A stretch of DNA of 64,000 nt. Origin: a virus. The notes beneath the pieces were generated by a model. That model saw nothing but the letters and a program-made list of their open reading frames with translations, made no database searches and had not been told where the DNA came from. Position numbers and translations under genes: made by a program. Of the stretch, positions 39,223 to 48,432 are shown piece by piece. Position 1 is the stretch's first letter. Every line of letters begins with the position of its first letter. Location of the stretch: positions 1-64,000 of the IMG/VR virus record IMGVR_UViG_3300029827_000121; one strand, 5' to 3'.

Positions 39223-39255
39223 AATCAACATTCAATTTTATCAGAAAGGTTTAGT

Positions 39256-39888
39256 ATGAAGACGCTCAAAGTAAAAATCACTTTCCAAGAAGAAGTGTTG
39301 GGAACAGCAAGTCCGTCAAAAGAAATCCACGCGGAATATATAGCCAGCAAAGCTCCCGACAAACTAACGCGGGAAGAAGAAGTGGAAGCTATCGGGATAG
39401 AAGAAGTCGTTGAAAAAGCAATGACTATCTTCCCACGCGATAAGGATAGTAATCCCATCTTTTGGGATTACCAGTGGAAGGGATTTTTCAAAGATACCTG
39501 CGCCGCTCTCATGCGCTGTGAAGGATTCGAAACGTATAAGGCATCAAAATCCGAATCGGGTAAAGGAAAGAAAGGAGAATTAAGAGCATATAAAAAGGTG
39601 ATCGATGGATGTATTTTCGTTCACCCGAGAATGATTGCCATCAAAGTAAAAGGCAAAATGGGAAACTGTCAACGTCCTCTTCGCGGAAATACCGCGCAGG
39701 GAGAGAGGATTGCTTTGGCGAACAGTGAAACCGTCCCCGCAGGAAGCACCTGCGAATTGGAGATTCAATGTTTGAGTGATTCCCATGAAAAGTTTGTGCG
39801 TGAATGGCTTGATTACGGCCAATTGCGCGGCATCGGACAATGGCGTAACTCCGGCAAAGGCCGCTTTACCGTCAATTACTTGAAATAA
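39256..39888 (+). CDS. Stand-alone Cas7/RAMP-superfamily protein (Vipr-like), 210 aa
   Basis: N-terminal strand LKVKITF..EVLGT, PIFWDYQWKGFFK (equivalent to P.IPGSS.KG..R), ETVPAGST.ELEI, Gly-rich loop GIGQWRNSGKGRF; RBS AGAAAGG. Confidence 0.85.
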   Translation: MKTLKVKITFQEEVLGTASPSKEIHAEYIASKAPDKLTREEEVEAIGIEEVVEKAMTIFPRDKDSNPIFWDYQWKGFFKDTCAALMRCEGFETYKASKSESGKGKKGELRAYKKVIDGCIFVHPRMIAIKVKGKMGNCQRPLRGNTAQGERIALANSETVPAGSTCELEIQCLSDSHEKFVREWLDYGQLRGIGQWRNSGKGRFTVNYLK

Positions 39889-40962
39889 GCCATGCTTTGG
39901 CAATCCAAAGTATAGGAATGCCCGGTGCGGTCAAGCATCGTTAATGCTATGTATTGCAGGGTGGTGTATGGCACAGGCATGGTATCGTTAGGCATAGTAA
40001 AGTTAAGCATAGGCAAGGTAAAGCTATGCATTGCCTAGTAATGGTTTGGTAAAGCAGGGCCGGATACGGTGGAGCAAAGCACAGGCTTGGCGAGGCGTTG
40101 TATCGTGTGGCACAGGCATAGAATAGTTAGGAGTGGCCGAGCAAAAGCCAAGTGATGTATTGTCCGGCAAAGGTAAAGCATAGTGCTATTTCGTTGCGTA
40201 GAGCAGAAGCGAGGCGAAGTATAGTAATTCGTAGTATAGCAAAGGAAGTGTACCGTTAAGTTGCGCGAAGCAAAGGCTGAGTGAAGCGTAGTTTTGCGCC
40301 GCAAAGGCAAAGCGAAGTTCCGTTCAGTACGGCAAAGGCATGGTTATGTTACATACTGTGAAGCCCTGCAAAGGCATAGTTTTGCGTGGTTTAGCGACGC
40401 AAAAGAAGTGTGAAGCCTTGTTTCGTATCGCCATGCGAAGGTATTGTACTGCGCAGTGCAGTCATGTATTGCAATGGTTGGGCGAAGCCCTGTCCAGTAT
40501 GGCAAAGCAAAAGCAGTGTATGGTGAAGCTGAGCTAGCAAAGGATCAGCATAGTTAAGTATCGCGATGCATTGAAAAGGCTATTCAATGTATAGTGTTGC
40601 AAAGGTAACGTGGAGTCAGGTGTTGTTTCGCGATGCAAAGGAAGAGCATAGTTGTGTTCCGTTCTGCAAAGGCAAAGCGAAGCGAAGTAGCGGCGTGTGA
40701 AGCATAGGCGAAACATGGTGGTGTTGAGTATAGTAATGCAAAGGCAAAGCGAAGCAAAGTAAGGTGTTGTGAAGCATAGGCAGGACATAGTGTGGTGCAG
40801 CATGGTAATGCAAAGGCGGAGTGAAGTAATGTAACGTACAGTTTCGCAGAGGCGTAGTAAAGTACCGTTGTGTTTGACAAAGCAAAGGTTCAGCAAAGCG
40901 TAGTATTTTATTGTTCAGCAAAAGCAAAGCTAAGTATCGTTCGGTCGTGCGAAGCAAAGGCG
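39889..40962 (+). repeat. Pentamer-periodic array 4 (downstream of the Cas7-like gene)
   Basis: Same NGY-NN grammar, mostly GCAAAGG boundaries; starts immediately after the stop codon. Confidence 0.9.
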
Positions 40963-40964
40963 CA

Positions 40965-41345
40965 TTATACCTCTTCAATCACTATCACCGTCTGTTCTAC
41001 CGGCGATATTTCCGGTTTGTGGACCTGATAGCTTTCGATCTGGTCGGGCGAATCAGTTTCAAGTATTCCGCAATTAACGATTCCGTCGAGTGCAGCTTTT
41101 CCCGATATGTTATCAATGTCGGTCTTTTGCTTTCGGGTAGAATAAATATCGATATGAACAGGTGAATCAAATGTCTCACCCGAATACGCTGAAACGGGTT
41201 CATTTCGAGAAGCCGGTTCCATGTTGGTAACGGAATGGGGAGTATTATCTCCATTCTTTTTTTTTCGGTATGCATCAACGATCTGTTGCTTTATATGTTC
41301 CGGAATAGGATATTTATTCAATTCCGAGAGATTTCGAATTTTCAT
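40965..41345 (-). CDS. RusA-like Holliday junction resolvase
   Basis: DIDNISGKAALDGIV..GILETDS. Confidence 0.7.
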   Translation of the reverse strand: MKIRNLSELNKYPIPEHIKQQIVDAYRKKKNGDNTPHSVTNMEPASRNEPVSAYSGETFDSPVHIDIYSTRKQKTDIDNISGKAALDGIVNCGILETDSPDQIESYQVHKPEISPVEQTVIVIEEV

Positions 41346-41451
41346 GCTATCACTTGCAATAGTAAATCAGATACAGTAACATCCACATTACGAAAACCGT
41401 TCCTATCGCCGCGAGTATCCAACCGGGTTTATCCATCATCCCCCCAATATT

Positions 41452-41739
41452 TCATTTCAAAACACCATTTAATAATTCTTTATTAACCTGTTTTATGGCT
41501 TCTTTATATAAAGAAATCTGTCTTTCTTCCTTATAATGCTCTACCAATCTGTTGAGAATTTCGACAAGCTTATAATGTTCTTTGCAAAATCCATTTTTAT
41601 TTTTTCCATTTTTATTTAATTTCAACATTAAATAATCAAATCCCATTTTACCTATATGGGCAATAGACATCGCTCCCACGCCTATTAATGCACCTTGAAC
41701 TTCTGGATGTATCATGTTATTCATTCCCCGGCATGGCAC
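41452..41739 (-). CDS. Small membrane protein (possible holin)
   Basis: One hydrophobic segment followed by a coiled coil; start probably near MIHPEV. Confidence 0.45.
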   Translation of the reverse strand: MPCRGMNNMIHPEVQGALIGVGAMSIAHIGKMGFDYLMLKLNKNGKNKNGFCKEHYKLVEILNRLVEHYKEERQISLYKEAIKQVNKELLNGVLK

Positions 41740-44700
41740 TACGCCGCTGCATTTCAGTTACGTATTTCCTCTGTCCCGTTTTAGGCACCTTTTTCATATA
41801 CTCAACCTGACTACCAGTTAATAATTCCTTTTTTCTGTCGATCAACTCTTTTCTTTTGTTTTCATCGGTCGTATTCCGCAATTCGGAATCAATTATTTTT
41901 CTCTGCGCGGTATTGTTTTTGAACCATGTATTCAATTGCAACCCTTCGAAACCGTTTTCTTTGGCGGTCTTCACCAACGCTTCAACATCATTAATCGCCC
42001 TTTGTTGTTTATCGGTTAATGCCATATTATCTTTTCGTGCTTTCAAACCCTCACTTACATTATCTCCATACTCATCCAGAATATCATAAAACTTCGTTCG
42101 ATAATATTCATTCGCCGCCTCTATCGGTCCCGCGACTTCGAAATGTTCCGATAATTTTTGAGTCAATGGATTTACTTCATAAATACCGAAAGCTCTTTTT
42201 ATATTAAACGGTCCTTCCGTTAACCAATCCAATAACGGATTTTTCGTCGGATCGCCACCTTTTTTGGTACGGGTATATTGAGCGATCGGCGTAATGAGTT
42301 TTTCCCCTAAATAACCAATAGTATATCGTTTTCCATATTTGCTGAATATCCCTTCCCTATGTACCGCATCCGGCATTATTTTTCGATGAGTAAATGGATC
42401 TTCGTTTGATTGCAACCCTTGCCACGCTTGAATCAGCGGATTCATTAAAGAACCGATATTTTCGGGTGCCCCGCCGCGTATGGCATCCCAAAATTCTCCG
42501 GCAGCCTGTTTCGACGTAATTCTTTCGGCTTTCATATCGGAAGCGATTTTATTCATTTTATCCAAACCAAGCCAACTCATCGCCATGTCAACCGGTTGTT
42601 GCGGTGCCCAAACGACTACATTGCCATCCTTGTTTTTAAATAAATTCAGATGCCACCGTTCACGAAGATAATCGGGCAATTGCATTTCCATGTCTTTTTT
42701 ATTTTCAGACAAATTATTATACGCCCATTGCGCCGCATAAGCGGCAAGGATCGGCGTTGCGGTTTTTAATGCTTTATGCGTTCCTTCATTTCTCGTGATC
42801 GCCCGTGCATAATTGCGAAAATTCCCTTCATGAAAACGTACAAACGGCATCAATCCCCGGCTAAGAAACAATTGATACGATCTTGGTACAGCCAAATAAT
42901 CAACCAATACTTCTCTCGCGACTTTCCCAGCCGCCGATTCATTATCCAACCCTTTCAAATTTAATCCGGCCAAATTTTGTACCGCTTCGCCTTTATCTAC
43001 CCTGTCCAACTGATGCGCCAATATGGAAAGCCGCATCAAGGATTCCCGATATTCCGATGCCGTTTTATATTTTTCGGACAAACTTTTTAAAATCCCATAT
43101 CTGAGTTCGGATGTCATCCCACTTCGAGCAACATCTTTTTGCAAAGCAACATCGTATAATTTCTGTTCAAAACTATTCAGAGTAATATTTTTACCGATGC
43201 CTTGAGGATAAAATATTTTCATCGCCACACGGCTGGATTGCGGCAAATAAGTATATGCATGAGGATCAAAAACCAGAGTGGATATTCCATCACCCATTAT
43301 ATTACCCATCTGATACGGTAATGCAGCCGTCGCTAATGTAAAACCTTTCCATTTCTGAGTTAAATGTCCGATATTATAAATCGCATCCATAAAAGGCGGA
43401 CTTTTTTCAATGAGATTATCAAGATCAACGGCTATTTCCTTCGGTAATAAATACAATTGAGGTTTGCCCATCGCCGTAATTTCTCTTACCGATTTTCCTC
43501 CAAACGGCCCTTTCGTTTCCAGCCAATCCTTAACAAGCATATCTTCCTGTTGCGCTTTTTCCAGCAAACCTTCACTGATTGCACGCGCCCGGTATCTCGT
43601 TTTCTTCCATTCCATCACCTTGTATCGTTTACCATCTATTACCGTTTCGTATCCTTTATAAAATTTTTGACGTTCTTCCGGCGTAACACGACTTGTTGCA
43701 TCATATTTCAATGCCTGCTTTGTAAACCAATCCTCTTGTGCGTTATCAGCTAAAACCTTTGCGATATGGGTCCATACAACGCTGTCGTCAGATGATATCA
43801 ATCGTTTCGATCCGACCGCTTTTTTCGTATACGGTCGATACGGTTCGCCGAATTTTCTATTCATCGGCGTTTTCAAACCAAGCATGAATTCAGGAGTATA
43901 ATCAAGAACTTTATGAGGAAAATAATCTACTTCAAGAGCTGCTTCCGGCAATTTACCACGCGCTACAAGTTCTTTACCAATACCCTGTAAAACCGTTCTC
44001 ATATCTTCCACGGCATCGAGAACTTCTTTGCTTGAATTTTTTTCAACCCAATCCAGATGCTTTTGCACCTGTTCAACATTTAAATCATTCTCAAGCGTCT
44101 GACCTTTTAGTCCCCGCAATTTCAAATTTCTCAATAAAAGAATATCAGTTGCTTTTCTGACTCCCCGCTTTCCTTCACTTTTAAACAATTTTGACAGAGA
44201 TGCATAGCGATATTTAGCAACCGTTTCAAACAATCCTCTTCTCATCGTATCGAATTCGGTACGCCGATCATCCCTGTATTGAGGATAGCTTTCAACATCG
44301 CTTTCATATTTGGTAAAGCTTTTTTTAATCGATCCGATCGTGGCATTAATTGATTTTTTTATTTTTTCAATGGGATTTAACGATTCATATCTTCCCGCTT
44401 CCAATGTTTCCGCAACCTTTTTTTCTCCACCTTCAACAACTTTTTTTTCTCCGGGAAGCTGTAAAAAACCTCTCTGTGCCTCCGCTCGTTCAAATTCAGA
44501 TACATCCTGTGATTTTTTATTCATTTCATTATCGGCATTTTTCATTTCATCCGATCTGAATCGAATCGTCTTTTCAACAGTTTCTTCCGGTGAAACCGGT
44601 TTCGACTCTATCTCTTTTGTCAACCTTTCTACTTCTGCTGTAACCTTTTCCGATTCAACATCTATAGTGGATTTTTTGTAATTTTCCATCTTACGAGCAA

Positions 44701-46624
44701 TATCAATAGCTTTTTCAATTTGTGATCTTGGTCCCTTTATTCCCTCCGCTCCTAACGAAAATGGAACATTAAGGCGTCTTGCTTCTTTAATAAGTTCATC
44801 CCCTGTCATTTTAGAGGTATTTTTCAATTCGGTTTCCGTCGGCGGTTTTCTGATTTTTTCAATATTTTCTATTTTAGGCTTTATTTTTGATAAATCATAT
44901 ATTTGTAAAGAAGGCTGAGACGCATCATTACCTTCCGGTCCTACTGCATTAGGATAAACAATATTATCTTTTTCATTTTTATAATCAATTTCCAAAGAAT
45001 TTTTTAAATCACCAGTAACTTCCCATGTTGTAATATTTTTTCCTCCAAAATATTCTGCCGCACTTTTAGTAGGAGCAAGCCACATTCCTCTATGTGGTTT
45101 AAAACCAGGATTTTGATCTCCATGATACCAAATTCTTTTTTTCTGTGCTTCTTTAAATTGTTCATTAGGATTTTTACTCCATATTATATTTCTTGTAATT
45201 TCAATACCACTTTTAGTTGTTGTTTCGAATTCAGCTTGTTCGGCTTCAATCACCTTTGATATTGACGGCGTTTGCGTCGCTTCAAGGGATTTCCTGATGT
45301 TTTCATCGATGCGTTGGCTTGCCTGCGGGGTAAGTTCCCATTCTTTCGTTTTTCCGGAATTGAGAAGCTTTTTTAATTCATTTCGTTGTGCTTGTTGCTG
45401 TACTTCAAATGTCTTCCCTGAAGCAACATCCCTTATGGCGAATCCGGCGGATGAAGCAAGAGTAATTATTTCATTTTTCCACCATCTTTTTGAACCGACA
45501 TCCTGTCCCCTTATTTTTCCAGAAACGATATCATATACCAAATCACCAAGAGGTTGTGCTATTAATTGTAAAGGTCCGGCAGGAACGACAATTTCGGGAA
45601 TTATCGATACCAATCCTCCCCCGCTCTGTTGCGCGACATCTCCTATAGCCTCGCCGATTTCTTTTCTTCCTATATTTTGTTCAGCGGCGATCGCACCGGC
45701 GGTAGTTAATCTCGTAATGGCATTAGTCAATAAAGGAGATTTTGAAATGATTGTTTTTCCAAGAAGCTTATTCAATGCTCCCGCGCCAATCAAAGCCTGA
45801 CTTGCCGTTCCAGCGAATTGCCCCGCACCGAATCGTATCGGAGCGGCCTGTTGCGTTTTTTCTATTTCTCTTTTGGTTTCTTTCGGAAAAAAAGTCGGTG
45901 CCAAAGTTGATTGCAATATCCCCATAGCGAAAGCATTCGCTTCTTTATCTTCTTTTAATAATTTTTCAAGCTCTCCATTCACCGCAATTTTTTGATCATC
46001 AGGCAATTTGTTAATTAAATTAATACCTATATCCAACGGCAAGGATTTCAATTCAAGCGCTTTTGCACGGGGATCTTGAATACTGTAAAATCTTGATTCG
46101 ATAGCCTTTATTTGCGGTTCAGCGCTTAATTGAGGAATGGGAATTTGTCCCGGTTCCGGCTTTTGTTCCGGTTTTTCAATTGTTTCAGAAGGTTCAAAAG
46201 ATCGCGTTGCGCCAATTGGTTTTTTCGATTCATCCATCGGCTCTTCCTGCGGAATAATTTTTTCCGCAAAACCTTTAATCGCTTCCACGCCTTTCCCAAC
46301 GAATTCTTTCCCCCGTTCAAGAAGCGAAGGCGTCTCTATATAATTTTTAATATCGGGTTTTTTTTCTATGGCTTTATCAACCAATTCCTTATCATCAATT
46401 GAAGCGTATTCCGGATGAAGTTCCTTTAATTTGGCGGCGAATTCTTTGACGGTATATTTGGTTGGAGAAGAAACAGGAGTGATTTCTTCCTTTATAATAT
46501 ATTGCTCAAGTTCAGGTTTTTTTGATAATGCCTTTTCCACCAATATATTATTATCAAGATTTTTGTATTGCGGATATTTATTTTTAAGCTCTTCCGCGAA
46601 TTCATCAACCGTATATTGCTTCAC
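41717..46624 (-). CDS. Large virion/ejection (polyvalent-like) protein, 1635 aa
   Basis: Last large gene of the virion operon; duplicated N-terminal YTVxEF...YP.Y..LD motif; internal ART-like segment. Confidence 0.7.
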   Translation of the reverse strand: MKQYTVDEFAEELKNKYPQYKNLDNNILVEKALSKKPELEQYIIKEEITPVSSPTKYTVKEFAAKLKELHPEYASIDDKELVDKAIEKKPDIKNYIETPSLLERGKEFVGKGVEAIKGFAEKIIPQEEPMDESKKPIGATRSFEPSETIEKPEQKPEPGQIPIPQLSAEPQIKAIESRFYSIQDPRAKALELKSLPLDIGINLINKLPDDQKIAVNGELEKLLKEDKEANAFAMGILQSTLAPTFFPKETKREIEKTQQAAPIRFGAGQFAGTASQALIGAGALNKLLGKTIISKSPLLTNAITRLTTAGAIAAEQNIGRKEIGEAIGDVAQQSGGGLVSIIPEIVVPAGPLQLIAQPLGDLVYDIVSGKIRGQDVGSKRWWKNEIITLASSAGFAIRDVASGKTFEVQQQAQRNELKKLLNSGKTKEWELTPQASQRIDENIRKSLEATQTPSISKVIEAEQAEFETTTKSGIEITRNIIWSKNPNEQFKEAQKKRIWYHGDQNPGFKPHRGMWLAPTKSAAEYFGGKNITTWEVTGDLKNSLEIDYKNEKDNIVYPNAVGPEGNDASQPSLQIYDLSKIKPKIENIEKIRKPPTETELKNTSKMTGDELIKEARRLNVPFSLGAEGIKGPRSQIEKAIDIARKMENYKKSTIDVESEKVTAEVERLTKEIESKPVSPEETVEKTIRFRSDEMKNADNEMNKKSQDVSEFERAEAQRGFLQLPGEKKVVEGGEKKVAETLEAGRYESLNPIEKIKKSINATIGSIKKSFTKYESDVESYPQYRDDRRTEFDTMRRGLFETVAKYRYASLSKLFKSEGKRGVRKATDILLLRNLKLRGLKGQTLENDLNVEQVQKHLDWVEKNSSKEVLDAVEDMRTVLQGIGKELVARGKLPEAALEVDYFPHKVLDYTPEFMLGLKTPMNRKFGEPYRPYTKKAVGSKRLISSDDSVVWTHIAKVLADNAQEDWFTKQALKYDATSRVTPEERQKFYKGYETVIDGKRYKVMEWKKTRYRARAISEGLLEKAQQEDMLVKDWLETKGPFGGKSVREITAMGKPQLYLLPKEIAVDLDNLIEKSPPFMDAIYNIGHLTQKWKGFTLATAALPYQMGNIMGDGISTLVFDPHAYTYLPQSSRVAMKIFYPQGIGKNITLNSFEQKLYDVALQKDVARSGMTSELRYGILKSLSEKYKTASEYRESLMRLSILAHQLDRVDKGEAVQNLAGLNLKGLDNESAAGKVAREVLVDYLAVPRSYQLFLSRGLMPFVRFHEGNFRNYARAITRNEGTHKALKTATPILAAYAAQWAYNNLSENKKDMEMQLPDYLRERWHLNLFKNKDGNVVVWAPQQPVDMAMSWLGLDKMNKIASDMKAERITSKQAAGEFWDAIRGGAPENIGSLMNPLIQAWQGLQSNEDPFTHRKIMPDAVHREGIFSKYGKRYTIGYLGEKLITPIAQYTRTKKGGDPTKNPLLDWLTEGPFNIKRAFGIYEVNPLTQKLSEHFEVAGPIEAANEYYRTKFYDILDEYGDNVSEGLKARKDNMALTDKQQRAINDVEALVKTAKENGFEGLQLNTWFKNNTAQRKIIDSELRNTTDENKRKELIDRKKELLTGSQVEYMKKVPKTGQRKYVTEMQRRSAMPGNE

Positions 46625-48030
46625 TGCAATCCGCCCAATCCGCTGAAAATATCCTCACTTTGCGATGAAGGCGTTTTCTCGATAACTCCATATACCTGAT
46701 TTTGTAATTGCTGCATCTCATTTAATACCGATTGAATTTCAGCATCAGATGGACGCGGCGCACCTTTCGCCCGCGCTATCGCTCCCACTTCTTCCGGAAA
46801 AGCATAAGCAAGAGCTATTCTTTTTTGCGGATCTCTTAAAATAGCCCTCGCCGCTTCAGCAATGCCGCTTGTCTGCTTAAGAACATCAATACCATATTCG
46901 CCTTCGATAACTTTAAAGAGATTAGGAAATTGCTGTTTCGCCATTTTTTCTAAAGCATTCTGCAACTCTTTACCTAATTTCCAATCGGGAGTCGGTGTCG
47001 GAGCTCCTTTTCTCCGTGCATTCATTTCTTCCCGCTTTTTCATTTCATCATAAGCGGTTTCCCAACCTTTCTGCCAATCCTCTTCTTTCGCAACGAGACG
47101 ATCGATATCCTCTTTCATACGCCCTAAAAATTCATCGTTATGCGCGAGCTGTTGCGGAATGTTAAGTTCTTGTGAAATCTGATCGATTTCCATCTCCAGA
47201 TCTTTTTGTTTTCCCTGTTCGATCTGTTTCATGGATAAACCTTCGGATTTGCTGACGGTTTTTATCAAATCTTCAAGCGTCGATTTTTTGGATTTTAATT
47301 TATCCACCGCTTTCTGACTTTCAATTATCGCCGTATGAAATCCGGCACCCTTATCGATTCCCGACATCGTTTTTATATTATTTTCCCGTTCTTTTACCGA
47401 TGCTTCTCTTTCAGTTTCGAATGTTTTTAACGGTTGTTGATAAACGGATTCAGTGGTTTTTACCCGCGCTCCGACCGATTCGGGAATCATTTTTCGCGTT
47501 TCCGGTTCCAATGCTTCATATCCCTTTTCATACTCTTCATATCTCATCGGACGCTGAATTGTTTGCTGTTCCATGGGAACTTCACCGACACGTTCGCCTT
47601 GTTGTATAGGCGGTCCTTCAGCTTGTATCTGTCTTGTTTCGGAAACAGGCTGTTCAGCAGCTTTCGTGAATTGCGTGGCTTTTGTTTTTTTCTGCAATTC
47701 TTCAATATATTTATCCGCCGATAAAGAAGCAGCCAACAGATTTTTTAAATTATCCTCGCTCGACATACCCTCCATGGGAGAAGGTAATTTCTTCATGGCG
47801 GTAATTCTGGCTTTCTCATCCGATATGGAAGGATCGGCTTCCTTCATTTCCGTTACAAATCTGTTTACCGTCTCTTTATAAAGACCGTTGATTTTTTCAT
47901 TGATACCTTTTTGTTTCGATATCTCGGCTATTTTCGAAGCGGTATCCACTACGGCTTTTTCAATACCGGAAGTCATACCGCCAATAACATTCGCTCTTGC
48001 TACTGAAAATTGATATGGATCGTAAGGCAT
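46621..48030 (-). CDS. Putative internal virion/ejection protein
   Basis: Helical, E/K/Q-rich; position in the operon. Confidence 0.55.
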   Translation of the reverse strand: MPYDPYQFSVARANVIGGMTSGIEKAVVDTASKIAEISKQKGINEKINGLYKETVNRFVTEMKEADPSISDEKARITAMKKLPSPMEGMSSEDNLKNLLAASLSADKYIEELQKKTKATQFTKAAEQPVSETRQIQAEGPPIQQGERVGEVPMEQQTIQRPMRYEEYEKGYEALEPETRKMIPESVGARVKTTESVYQQPLKTFETEREASVKERENNIKTMSGIDKGAGFHTAIIESQKAVDKLKSKKSTLEDLIKTVSKSEGLSMKQIEQGKQKDLEMEIDQISQELNIPQQLAHNDEFLGRMKEDIDRLVAKEEDWQKGWETAYDEMKKREEMNARRKGAPTPTPDWKLGKELQNALEKMAKQQFPNLFKVIEGEYGIDVLKQTSGIAEAARAILRDPQKRIALAYAFPEEVGAIARAKGAPRPSDAEIQSVLNEMQQLQNQVYGVIEKTPSSQSEDIFSGLGGLQ

Positions 48031-48031
48031 A

Positions 48032-48418
48032 TTAATTCCTCAATCCTTTAAGACGGTTTATATATAAATCTTTTAATTGCTCGTTTTTATCAAGGATGCC
48101 GGTAAGATTTTTCACCTGTTCCCGAAAAGCAGCTCTCGCGTATTCATTTTTCGTCATGGCAAGTTCCGTCTGTTTCAAACCCAATGATTCATTGAACTGC
48201 CGTTTCTCTTCCGCGAGATTTTGCCGTTGCAAAGAAAGCGATTGCCGTGAAAGTCCCGCTTCAAGATTAAAACGCCGTGCGCTTTCGGCAAGTTCTCCCT
48301 GATACTGTTCCTTAGCCGCCGCTTCTCCCCGTTTAAGAGTCTTCATCTGAAGACCGCCGCCTATCAGAGTCGAAGCGATTCCCGCTATTCCCGTTATTAC
48401 CGCCGCCGCTATTGACAT
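48032..48418 (-). CDS. Putative DNA pilot/ejection protein
   Basis: Ala/Gly-rich N-terminus AAVITGIAGIASTLIGGG followed by a coiled coil. Confidence 0.6.
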   Translation of the reverse strand: MSIAAAVITGIAGIASTLIGGGLQMKTLKRGEAAAKEQYQGELAESARRFNLEAGLSRQSLSLQRQNLAEEKRQFNESLGLKQTELAMTKNEYARAAFREQVKNLTGILDKNEQLKDLYINRLKGLRN

Positions 48419-48432
48419 AATCTCTCCCTATA

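Noticed and set aside
39175-39255. N-terminal extension of the Cas7-like ORF in the track
   Set aside because: It lies in array sequence; the SD AGAAAGG supports the ATG at 39256.
35345-40962. Canonical CRISPR array
   Set aside because: No identical 25-40 bp repeats separated by unique spacers; the constant bases are interleaved every 5 nt, and there is no cas1/cas2.
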